Below, in pieces: positions 40,491 to 51,300 of a stretch of DNA of 64,000 nucleotides (positions are counted from its first letter, which is position 1; every line of letters begins with the position of its first letter). The translations under genes and the position numbers were made by a program. This DNA comes from Schmidtea polychroa. Taxonomy: Eukaryota. Below the pieces are notes generated by a model. The model was not told the origin of the DNA. It was given only the letters and a program-made list of their open reading frames with translations, and made no database searches. Where the stretch lies: positions 1,674,001 to 1,738,000 of the forward strand of contig CM097888.1 of assembly GCA_044892525.1 (NCBI GenBank), read 5' to 3'.

Positions 40491-41126
40491 TCACATGATC
40501 TCAAGGTTCGGAATGTTATTACTGTCTTGGTTGGTTGAGTTCTGGGTCGGATGGCTGGTCGAAGTTGTTATCGTGGGGAGCTGGATTGTAACAGGCATTT
40601 GGTCGGGGGATAGATTTTGTTGCATTTGGTCGGGTGGGTTTGGTTGTTGAAAATGTACTGCTCGTTTATGTTTATTTTTCGATCGTAGGTTCTTTCTTTC
40701 GTGTTTTTCGGATAGTGACTGGTTTCTTCTCCATGTTCGATGAATATCATACGCTTTCCAGATGACTAGTGCGCAGATGATAAGGGTTTCACTGATGGTA
40801 GTATAGAGTAAGACTTGGCTTTCTTTTACTTCCTTCTTCATGATGATTTCCTTCAAGGATTGTTGGGTGGTTTGTTCTTGTAAGAGAATTTCGAGCTGTT
40901 CGATTTTTTGGGTTTGTAGGTGGAGTTGCATTTGAAGTTTTTTCCAGACGACTTTGTTCCAGCATTGTTTCGGGATGTTGTTGGAGAGCTTTCTCTCGCT
41001 TTTTAGTTTGGTTAAAGGGTTTTGCTGTTTCTCGGGATTCTCCCAGAATGTTGGGATTGGCTGCCACATGGGTCTCCCGTTTATCGCTATCATCATTATT
41101 GTCACCAAGGTTGCTCCGAACCACAT
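40491..41126 (-). CDS. 211-aa putative type I membrane protein
   Basis: N-terminal hydrophobic MWFGATLVTIMMIAI, coiled coil, TM-like TISETLIICALVIW, basic stop-transfer segment. Confidence 0.6.
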   Translation of the reverse strand: MWFGATLVTIMMIAINGRPMWQPIPTFWENPEKQQNPLTKLKSERKLSNNIPKQCWNKVVWKKLQMQLHLQTQKIEQLEILLQEQTTQQSLKEIIMKKEVKESQVLLYTTISETLIICALVIWKAYDIHRTWRRNQSLSEKHERKNLRSKNKHKRAVHFQQPNPPDQMQQNLSPDQMPVTIQLPTITTSTSHPTQNSTNQDSNNIPNLEIM

Positions 41127-41181
41127 ACTGCTATACGAAAATTTTTATTTACAATTATTTACATTGATCATTCATCTTTAA

Positions 41182-41883
41182 TTATTGCCGGGTTTTCTTT
41201 TTACGGGTTTTCTCGGATGTTCTCATCACTCTCGTTTCTGCTTTTATTACTCGTTTTCTCAATTCGGGTAGTACTTTTAATTGTTTGTCTCTTTCGTCTA
41301 ACTGTTGCCTTAGGGTTATTATTTTTTCTTTTAGTGCTTTTATTTCTTGTGTTGCTCTTTCGAGGTTTCTATGGTTCATTATCTGTAGGAAATCATTTTC
41401 CCTTCCCCCGTCTTCTTCGTTGTCTATTTCCTGGTATTTGTTGTTCATTCGTCTCATTATCTCACATTCTTTCTGTTTTTGGTGTAGTTGGAGTTGTAAC
41501 TCTTTCAAGCTTTCTTGGTGTTTCCGTGCCTCGGTTTTCCAATAGTCACTAATCACTCCGTCGGCCTTTCGACTGGCCCTCTCCTGCCATAATTCTTCCG
41601 CGATCTTTTCCCAATTTCTCCCTCGCTTTCTTTGCTCGTGAAGCCATTCGTTTTCTTCCTCTACCTCTTTCTTTACTCCTTCTAACAAGATATATTCTCT
41701 TTTCAATACTTTAATCATTTTTCGATTATCTCTCCACCTTTCAACTAATCTTTCGTTTTCCTGTCTCTCTTCTTGTAATTCTTCCTTGATAGTTTTCTTC
41801 CTCTCCACTTCATCAACTTCAATTTCTCCCTCTTCTAATTCGATTATAGATGTTATGCTGGGTTGTCCGTTTTCGGTGTTCAT
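41182..41883 (-). CDS. 233-aa coiled-coil protein, unknown function
   Basis: ATG-initiated, E/K/R-rich with heptad pattern, same strand as pol. Confidence 0.7.
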   Translation of the reverse strand: MNTENGQPSITSIIELEEGEIEVDEVERKKTIKEELQEERQENERLVERWRDNRKMIKVLKREYILLEGVKKEVEEENEWLHEQRKRGRNWEKIAEELWQERASRKADGVISDYWKTEARKHQESLKELQLQLHQKQKECEIMRRMNNKYQEIDNEEDGGRENDFLQIMNHRNLERATQEIKALKEKIITLRQQLDERDKQLKVLPELRKRVIKAETRVMRTSEKTRKKKTRQ

Positions 41884-42061
41884 TTTCTATAATATATACA
41901 TAATTAATAGCTGCGCTACAGTGCGGCTTATACTTATACATTTATACGTTATTTTATAATCAGGGTTACAGTCCCTTTCATACTTTTACTGTACCATTAA
42001 TTTTTTTTTTTGGTTGGGATACAGGTCCCGATTTTTATATTTTTTATCTTTTCTTTTATCC

Positions 42062-43099
42062 TTATACAAAGGTCTCTTCCTGGCCTACATATCCCTCATC
42101 GCTTTCTACTGACGTTTGTAATTGGAGTGCGATGGGATCAAATGGGATGTAGTACCGGGGAATCTGCGCTCTAAGTTCTTGCACTTCGTCTCTTAGTGCT
42201 CTTGACACGTTAAGTTCCTCGTCCAACAGGTATGTTAGATACCTGGTTTCATCGTCTCTTACCTCTATCTGTTTTTCTAGCTCTTCCGCTTTTTCGCCGC
42301 TTTCCCATTTCTTGATCTCTATCTCCAGATTTTTAAGATTTTCGTTATACATTTTTCTTTCGTTTTCTAACTTTTTGTTTTTCCCCGCCAGTACCATATT
42401 TCTCTGCTCCAGAGCTCCTTGGTATCCGTTGACATCTCGTTCTAGTTCTGCGACCTTATTTACCAGTTCCACGAGTCGTCCTGACTGTTGAAGTATCAGT
42501 TCTTCCATTGCGGCATTCTCGTGCTCCCTTATGGAGATTTTCATGGCTAGATGTCTTTCAAATTCCATGGCTTTGGTCTGCCATGTTTGGCTTCGGGCCG
42601 CAATCTTTCTGAGCCGTTTCAGTTCTTCTCTTATGACCAGATTTTCCTCCCATTTGCCTTGTTCGCTTTCGTATTCTAATCTCATAGGCAATTCTTTCAT
42701 TTCTTTTTTCATCTCTTTGTTCTGCCGCTTCCAGTTTCGGGCTTCTGCCAATAGGTGATTCATTTTCCTTCCTTCCTTTTGTTTTTCTGCTTCTCGTTTT
42801 GTGTTTTCGTCCGTCAATCGTTTCCGTGCTTCCTGCACTAACTGTTTTAAATAGTGGCTGTGTGCTTCTTGGCGAGTGTTTTCCAATGATGCCCACTTAG
42901 AGGCTCTTTTGCATGCTTCTGCTTCGGTTCTTAAATTGTTTATTAACCACTGATATTTGTTATTCTCGTATTCCCTGGCCTCTTCGAGATGGTTGTGGGT
43001 CTGGTTCGTCAATTGTAACATTACTTTGACCCATTTTCCCTTATGGATTTTATTGACTTTGGTTTCGTGGTTTGGGGCTTCAGTTCCTTCTTGTGTCAT
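42062..43099 (-). CDS. 345-aa coiled-coil protein, unknown function
   Basis: Long ATG-initiated, E/K/R-rich helical ORF. Confidence 0.75.
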   Translation of the reverse strand: MTQEGTEAPNHETKVNKIHKGKWVKVMLQLTNQTHNHLEEAREYENNKYQWLINNLRTEAEACKRASKWASLENTRQEAHSHYLKQLVQEARKRLTDENTKREAEKQKEGRKMNHLLAEARNWKRQNKEMKKEMKELPMRLEYESEQGKWEENLVIREELKRLRKIAARSQTWQTKAMEFERHLAMKISIREHENAAMEELILQQSGRLVELVNKVAELERDVNGYQGALEQRNMVLAGKNKKLENERKMYNENLKNLEIEIKKWESGEKAEELEKQIEVRDDETRYLTYLLDEELNVSRALRDEVQELRAQIPRYYIPFDPIALQLQTSVESDEGYVGQEETFV

Positions 43100-43317
43100 C
43101 CTTGTCTAAATAACGATATCATTAACTTAACGTTGTACGCTTATATCTGGTTTATTATTTATTTATTTTTATAATTCGTTATAGGAGTTGTTTTAGGAAT
43201 TTTTCGCTTAAGTTTACCTTTGGTAGATTTGGGGGGATTTTCTACACTACTATATAATATTTTACTGGATATATACGCCGATATTTACAATTAGTATATA
43301 CAAAATTATTCGTCTCC

Positions 43318-44706
43318 CTACTCCGTCCTACTCTTCCCATCACGCCTCACCGCTATTTTTATGTATATAGTGTCGTTTCTCGTCATGTCTTCTACTTTCC
43401 GCTGTAGGATGAAATTTGGTGCTCCAGTTGCTGGTCCTTCTTCTTCCAAGGGCCTTTGGTAACATACGAGGTTTCCCGCTGTATGGAAACTCTGTTCGTG
43501 TATACTTTGATAGTTCATCATTGCAAGGTCTATTTTTGCTTTGAATGGCCATTCTATTAACTCGTCGTATGGCCCTTTGCACATCAAGAAGAATACTGAG
43601 AAATGCGTTCCGTATGCACTTCCATCCCCATTGGGGTATGCTTTCATTTTCATTTTATACCCGTTTTTCCATGAGTAGAATGCTGGACTTAGTAATGTTG
43701 TATCCTTTCCATTTCTCGCTCTCTGCATCTTCTCTTTTATTCCCGTTATTTTCCATATGTACGGAGCCGTTGGTATTAATTCGTTGAGGTTTAATTCGCT
43801 TACTTTTTGATGTAGTTCTTTCACCATAATGTTGCTAGTTTCTACTAGATCTGTCTGTATCTTTGTACTTGTTCTCGCCTCTTCAAATGCTTCCTTTTCT
43901 TCCAATAGTTCTTTTACCAACGCTTTTAGCGAGACTATTTCTCTTTCTAAGTTTTCGGTTTTCCTTTCGTTTTCCTGTACAACCGTTGACCATATTTCCG
44001 CGTGTGTTGATACGTTTTCTGCTAGGTGTTGGGGTAATTCTCCTCGGTGTAATTGTTTCGGACATCCCCATTTTCCTAGCACACACGTTATCTTTTTTCT
44101 TTCACACTCTTTTAGATGTTGAGCGAGTTTTATTACTCCGGGTTTATCGCATTTGTTGGGGCATTCTCCTCTGAATTCTGCGCACACTTTCTCCTCTTGT
44201 ATGTTGTGATGTTGACTGATTAGTTTCTTCCAGGTGTCGTTTTCTCCGCAATACTCGCATTTCTCTATTCTTTCTTCGCATCGACTTTGATGTTCTGCTT
44301 CTTCATTGACTTTAATCTCTTCTTGGCAACGTTTGCATTGACTGATTTTATACTCACATTGCTCCGTATGTTGCCTCACTTCCCATATCACTCCTCGCCA
44401 ATTACATGGGGTGTTTTTACATCCTAGGTTTGCATTCAACATATCTTTTACAGCTGCTTTATCTTCGTTTGTATCTCCCAAACTTGTTATCATTGTTTCT
44501 TTGCATACTGGGCACCATTGTGGTCCCTTCTTTATTATCTCCTCTACACATTCTCTGCACATTCTGCATCCACATCTGGTTTGGTGAGGTTCTCTTAATA
44601 AGCTCTTGCATATTCCACACGTTACATGGTTGTGTATTCGAATTGTGGTGGACTTTCTAATTTGTTCAACAATTTCTCTGAATTCTTCTCGTTGTCGCTT
44701 ATCCAT
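43318..44706 (-). CDS. TRAF: Full-length intronless TRAF (RING, TRAF zinc fingers, coiled coil, MATH), 462 aa
   Basis: RING CGICKSLLREPHQTRCGCRMCREC..CPVC; several C/H zinc fingers; MATH YIWKI..SPAFYS..GYKM..YPNGDG..GTHFSVFF..GPYDELIEWPF, closest by eye to the TRAF1/2/3/5 type. Confidence 0.92.
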   Translation of the reverse strand: MDKRQREEFREIVEQIRKSTTIRIHNHVTCGICKSLLREPHQTRCGCRMCRECVEEIIKKGPQWCPVCKETMITSLGDTNEDKAAVKDMLNANLGCKNTPCNWRGVIWEVRQHTEQCEYKISQCKRCQEEIKVNEEAEHQSRCEERIEKCEYCGENDTWKKLISQHHNIQEEKVCAEFRGECPNKCDKPGVIKLAQHLKECERKKITCVLGKWGCPKQLHRGELPQHLAENVSTHAEIWSTVVQENERKTENLEREIVSLKALVKELLEEKEAFEEARTSTKIQTDLVETSNIMVKELHQKVSELNLNELIPTAPYIWKITGIKEKMQRARNGKDTTLLSPAFYSWKNGYKMKMKAYPNGDGSAYGTHFSVFFLMCKGPYDELIEWPFKAKIDLAMMNYQSIHEQSFHTAGNLVCYQRPLEEEGPATGAPNFILQRKVEDMTRNDTIYIKIAVRRDGKSRTE

Positions 44707-44795
44707 TTCTATAATTATATATATACATATATTCGTTACCGGTACAGTTTCGTATTTTTATTTACATTTATTTACATTGCTATTTTAGGTTATAT

Positions 44796-45155
44796 TTATT
44801 GGCTGGAAGAGTCGGCCTCTTGTCCGCCCTCTTCCCTGTTGGTTAACCATTCTGACCAGTCTTCTATCTCCTCTCGCTCCATCTCTTCCGCGATTCTTAT
44901 TAACTCTTCTTCTTGCACCTGGCTGTATCGTGATATTCGGTCTATCTCTCGCTGCATTTGTTCTATTTTCATTCGTTGGTCTTCGATTATTCTTACATAA
45001 TTGAAGCCTTTATTTAAACTTTCGACTAAGCTTCTTTGTACAGCGAGTCCTTGTTCCTGTAAATTCGAAATCACTTGAGTTAACATTGCACATTGTTGTT
45101 TCCACATCTCCTCGGTTGTTGTACTGTGGTTTACTTCCTCGCCTATTCGCTCCAT
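44796..45155 (-). CDS. 119-aa coiled-coil/acidic protein
   Basis: First ATG at 45155 (the track starts at TTG 45179); helical, acidic C-terminus. Confidence 0.55.
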   Translation of the reverse strand: MERIGEEVNHSTTTEEMWKQQCAMLTQVISNLQEQGLAVQRSLVESLNKGFNYVRIIEDQRMKIEQMQREIDRISRYSQVQEEELIRIAEEMEREEIEDWSEWLTNREEGGQEADSSSQ

Positions 45156-45323
45156 TCTTAATTTATATATACTTTTCAATCCTTATCTAATTTTATTTTT
45201 ATATTAATTATCCCCATCATTATATACTATTGATACCGCGCTTATATAAAAATATAGAATACTGTTATATAAATAAATATTTCCTACTTACTTTTTACAA
45301 TCTATATACAGTCATAATCCTTT

Positions 45324-48300
45324 CTATATACGTGAGCTTGGAGGGCGCTGAGCATTCCAGGCCTCCACCCACTGTTCCTGCTTGATATTACTTGGTCGTT
45401 TTACACGATGTTGAAAATTTCTTATTCTGGCCATTTCTAGTTCTCCGTGATGCCGTCTATCTTTGATTATTTTTATTGTCCCCCCCGTTATGATTAAAAA
45501 GGCCCCTGTTATTATTATGCCGCTGATCCACATCATCTGTTTTATGCTTATAATTTCCGCTTTTTCCTTGCTCGTTATTGTTGATATTGTTTCTGTGCTT
45601 TTTAGATTACCGTCTTTGCCATTTCCTTTCATCATTCCTCGTATTCTTGCTATTTCCTCGTTCATACCTTCCTTTGCCATTTTTTGTATTTTCTCCATCT
45701 CCTCCTCGGATACATAATTGTCTTGATGTTTCTCACTGTTTTTCTTGCGTTTTCCTTGCTCATCTTTTTCATCATCGATTTTTCTTTTCTTCCCTCTTTT
45801 CCCAGGGTATCGTCGACATTCTCTCGCTGTATCTTTTCTCCAGATGCATATTGTGTATTCTTTTGGAGGTTGTTGCTGTATTACATATTGTAGACAGTCT
45901 TCACCCGGTCTTAATCTTGCGATGCAGACTTTGTGTTCTTTTCTTGGCTGGAGTTGCGTTATCACTACCTCACCTCCTTTTCCCAGGTGTACCTCCTTCC
46001 CTTTGACTTTCGTTATTCTCTTTCCTTCTCGATTTCGGTATGCTTCTTGTATTCTTACTTCCGTTATTGGTTCTGCATCTTCATTTTTTAACACTAGTCT
46101 CTGATAAGCTCTAGACATACATCTTCCTAATATACACCTTTCTTTTAAATCCCATTCTTCTTTTAGATCCCATTGCTGCTCTTGTACTTGTTTTTTCTTT
46201 TCTTGTTTTAATTCTTCCTCTTTGTTGTCCTTGTTTTCCGTTTCTTTGGCTTCTTTTATCGTTCTCATTCCTCCCTGGGCTGTTATCATTTCCACCATTG
46301 TTAGTACGAGTATCATTATCATCATATTTGTCTCCATTTCTTTGTTGGTAAAAAGTAGGCATACCCTCTGTTTTCCACTATTCGTCTTTTCTTCTTGCTT
46401 CCTTCGGTTTCTCGGGTTATTTTCCTCTTTTTTCCTGCTCGCGTCGTTATTTTCTTGATTATTCTCCTCTGATTTCTCTTTCTCTTTATTCCCGTTTCGA
46501 CCTTTTTCATTATTATCGTCGTCTTTATCGTCTTTATCGTCTTTATCTCCCCCTCTATCGTTTAAAATGTCGTCCTCGACATTTATCTCATTCAACAATC
46601 TGCGGTATGCCGTTAGCACTCTGTTTCTTGCTAATTTTGCTTCGGGTTCGAACTCCTTTCTGCCTGTTGCTACATGTCTCTTTCTATTCCATTCTTTCAC
46701 TAATTCTCTTAATTGTATCCGACGATGTTTCCCGATTCGCTTTTGTTCGTGTAGATTCTGCGTGAATTTGAGATCTTCCCTGTTTAATACGATCATTATG
46801 ATTTTCGGAGTTCCTCCTTTCGTTAGTGTATTTTTAACCATAGCATTTTCTCCGTTTTCGTAGAACTCATTTATATTTATTGCATATTTATTGCTTTGTG
46901 GTATTCTCCATGTTAGCAGCAACTTCATGGCTTCTAAGTTCATCCGTATCGTGTTCCATTGGAACTGTGACGTGTTTTTACAGATATTTTCTACCTCAGT
47001 TCTTGTAGCATTTTTACAAATGAATCTAATCATTTCCAAGTTTGGTTGTATTGTTGCCCAATCCATGGTGGAATTTCCTTCGTTTGATATTTCGTCAAGT
47101 CTCGAACCTGATTGATGTAGTATATGTAATGTTTTTGGGTGTATATTTGTTATGGCTGCATACATCATTGCTGTTTCCCCTTGTTCATTTTTTGCATTAG
47201 ATTCTTCTCCGAAGTCTCTAAGGATTCTTATGATGGTTATTGCTCTGTTTTCTTTTGCTGCTAAAATGGCTTGTTGTAATGGTGTTCTTGAGTCTTTTGT
47301 TGGTAAGGTGAATGCTAGTGGTATAAATGTTTTTATTTTTCCTATGTCTAGATTTGTGGTCTGATCTCTTGCGTAGGTGTGTACTGTTTTGGTTATTTTC
47401 GCCAGTATCGCTTCATCGGATAGATCTTGCATTTCTTCAAAGAATACTTCTTTAGCCTTACGTACTACTATCTCTTGGTCGGAGTTTATTATCTTTGGTT
47501 TACTTGTTGTTGCTATATCGGTTATTGGTTGATCGACTTGTTCCTCAGACTCTCTTGCTTTTACTTTCTTCATTTTTATCTTTTTCTTGTTCGAACTGTT
47601 AATGCGTTCCTCTGCCGTTAGAACTTGAATAATACTTAGGTAGTTTTCTCGAATGTTGTTCATAGTTTCCATCATATGTAAAACACTCACGGTGTCCCAA
47701 AATTTTACTTGTACTTTATCGGTAAATTGAGATATAGCTTTTTCGAAGTTGGTAATTCGTTTTCTGATTAGTTGTTCGTCTTTGTGATTTGAGAATTTTA
47801 TGCCACGTTGTAGTAGTTGATTTGGAATTTCGAATAGGTGATGTCCTCTCATCGCTTCTCTCATCAAGGTGTTTTCTCCTTTGGTAAATGTTTCGTTTAT
47901 ATCTACCATATAGTCGTTTTTTATCGGGTTCCTCCATGCAATTAGTATTCCAGTAATTGTTGTTAATTTCTCTTTGATTGCAGTTAATAGCCCGTCATAC
48001 ATGTTTCCTATTTCTCTATTATCCTCGTATGATATTAGATCTACTAAGATTATGAAGGCTTCCGTACTTTTCCCTTCGATTGCATGATGTAATGCATTTT
48101 TCTGGTTGTGATCTTGTGTGGTTATCTTTGACCCAGTTTCGAGTAATGCGATGATAATATCTTTAGCTTTATCCCGATTGGCTGCTATCATTAGTGGAGT
48201 GTAACCTTGGTTGTTTTCTTGATCTGTCGAAATGTTACAATCGCGAAATGCTTCAATTGTTTCTAATATCTGTTCGTTACTACCCACCTTTAAAAGCTTG

Positions 48301-51300
48301 TGCAGGGGTGTGTCTCCGTAGTGGTCTGTGATCGTGAATAATATAGGCCATTGACTTTTAACTACCCTGAGCAATGGGTGTGTTCTTTCTCGGTTTGCAT
48401 AATTTTCGATCATTGTTAGCAGACCTCCCAATATCTCAAAATCTAATCTGTCTTCTGCCCATCCGGGCATTTTAACTTTTACTTCCTTTATGATTTTCTC
48501 GGCTTCTGATGGTTGTAACCCTAATCGATTACCTGTTGGTTCGTTTATTTGCTGTAACATGTTTATTCTATACGTTTGTGATCTTGTCGTTAGTGTACGT
48601 CCTTCTGGCTGACTGGTGGCGGTTTTCGGAATTGGCTTACATCGTGCAACATTTACATATATTGGCCTTGTAAAAGGGTTGTTCACTAATCGTACTCTTA
48701 CATTAGTTTCTCCGACGAATAGAATCTCATACGGCCCTTTACCGTTTCGTTGTAATTTTTTGGTGGTTCCTGGAATTAATTCTGGTGTTTCAATCATCAC
48801 CCAATCGCCTGTTTGAAACGTATGCTGTTTGACGTTTTTCTTTCTATCATGTAACTCTTTGTAACTTTCTTGATAAAATTTTATATTCAATCCTGCGGTT
48901 TCCCAGATTTCCTGCATTCTTTCCTTGAACTTGGTTACATAATCGTCTATTTCCATGTACTGTGATATCGGTGGCTGATATTCTAAATCCATTGGCATAT
49001 TGCATTCTCTGCCGTACATCAACTTGAACGGACTCATCTTTGTGGACGCGTGAATCGACATTCTGTAAGCCATGAGGCATAATTTTATATATTCATCCCA
49101 GTCTCGTTGATGACGATCGACATAATTTGATAACATTTGAATCAGTGTTCCATTGAATCTTTCTGTCATACCATTAGTTTGTGGATGGTACGGTGATGTT
49201 CTTAATTTTGCGATCTTGAAGTAGTTGGTGACTTCGCTCATTATTTCGCTCATGAAATTCGTTCCTTGATCCGTCAGTATTTGTTTCGGCGTTCCATATC
49301 GACAACATATTTCCTCTACTAATATTTTTGCGATTGTTCTTGCTTTCTGGTCTGCCATTGCGAATGCTTCGGGGAATTTTGTCAAATAATCTGTGATTAC
49401 TAATATATATATATTTCCTCTATCTGATTCTGGTAGTGGACCGACTACGTCCATTGATATCATCGTCATTGGTTCTGCTGGCACTGGCATTGGCTTTAAT
49501 GGTGCCTTCCATTTTGTTCCCGTGTTTTTTCTGGTTGCGCAAGTTATGCAATTTTTCACCCATTCTGTTACATCCTCGGTCAATGTAGGCCAAAAATATT
49601 TTTGTTTCATTCGTGCCAACGTCTTTTTAGATGACATATGTCCTCCGAGTCTTCCGTCATGGTATTGTGTTAGTAGATCTTTACGTCTATTCTCGGGAAT
49701 GCACATCAGTCTTTTCTCGCCATCCATTATCAATAACCAATCTTTCTCGATAATATATCGATGTCGTTGTTTATCCATGTGCTCCTTCAATTTTTGATCT
49801 TTCTCATATACCTCTGCTTTCCCTGTTTTCACATATTCAATGATTTGCTTCAACTCTGTATCCTCTTGTTGGTCTTTCCGTAATTGGCAAAAATCTAAAT
49901 CTTCTGCTACCATCAGACATATTCGTTGCATTTCGTGATCTACTAAATCTGGAAAGATAAATCTGGACATACAATCCGCATTGGCATTCGCTCTTCCCGC
50001 TTTGAATTTTATGAACGGTGAATATTCTTGTAACTGCATTGCCCATCGCATCAATCTACTTGAAGCTTCTTTGTGTTGACCAAGCCATACTAATGGTTGG
50101 TGATCCGTGGTGATACATATTTCGTGTCCCCATAACAAATATCGAAAATGTTTAATTGCTTGTATGATTGCTAACGCTTCTCTCTCGGTTACGGAATAGT
50201 TTTTCTCGTGCTTTTTAAACGTTCTACTGTAGTATCCAATCACTCTTTCTTTTCCTTCTTCATCCAGTTGTCCTAATATTGCTCCGGCTGCATATCCACT
50301 TGCATCTGTTGCTAATAGGAACGGTTTCTTGAAATCAGGATGTACTAGTATTGGGGCTTCAATTAATTTATCTCGCAATGTCTCAAACGCTTTTTGTTGT
50401 TCTGCACCCCAAATAAATGAAATATCCTTTTTCACTAATTCCTGTATTGGTTTCGCAATACCTGCATAGTTTTTGATGAATTTTCGATAATATCCGCATA
50501 ATCCGAGAAATTCTTGAACTTGGGTGACAGTTTTTGGTGCTGGACATGTTTTTATTTTTTCTATGTTTCTTGGATCTGGTTCTTTGCCTTTTGCTGACAC
50601 TATGTGTCCTAAGAACGTAACCTTTTCTTTTGCCCAATCACATTTGGATGGTTTAAGTTTCAGTTTCCATTGTCGTAATCGAACGAACACATTTCTGATA
50701 TCTTCCAAATGTTGTTTGAATGTTGCTGAATATATTAATAAATCATCAATATATACCATACACTGCTTGATCCCGTGTGTGACAAAATTCATACATCTCT
50801 GGAATGATGCTGGGGCGTTGGTCAGTCCGAACGGCATTTTCCTGAATTGGTATAGATCTCGGCCCAATGTGAATGCTGTTTTCTCTTTGTCTTCCTCCTT
50901 GACTTTGATCTGCCAATATCCGCTTTTCAGATCTAAAGATGTAAAATATGCGGCCCCCTGTAACATAAGTAACATCTCATTGATGTCTGGTAACGGGTAT
51001 GTGTCTCTTTTTGTTACTGCATTTAATTTCCGATAATCGATACAGAATCTCTGAGTACCGTCTTTTTTCTTCACCATGACTACTGGAAATTGCCATGGTG
51101 AGCAACTTGGTTCGATCACTTGTGCATCTAGCATTTTTTGTACTTCTGCTTCGGCTATCTCTTTTTGCTTCTCTGCTAGTTTGTATGGACGTAGTGCGAT
51201 TGGAGTTTCGTCTATTAATGGTATTGCGTGTAATGTAACATCGCATGCTCCCAAATCTAAATCCGAAATTGCGAATATATCTTTATATTCTATCAATAAT

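Larger units (their letters stand above)
36081..41970 (-). repeat. 3' LTR: proven to at least 37757, inner edge tentatively 41970
   Basis: 36081-37757 matches 62324-64000. Candidate inner edge from minus-strand AAAAGTATGAAAGGGAC|TGTAACCC (PPT-like, then TG). Cannot be confirmed because the second LTR is truncated. Confidence 0.5.

Noticed and set aside
46790-48330. Capture of element ankyrins from the neighbouring host ankyrin cluster
   Set aside because: No similarity beyond the generic ANK consensus, and the element inserted recently, so proximity looks coincidental.
48560-48740. Chromodomain after integrase
   Set aside because: No chromodomain aromatic-cage pattern; the sequence goes from GPY/F to the linker and ANK.
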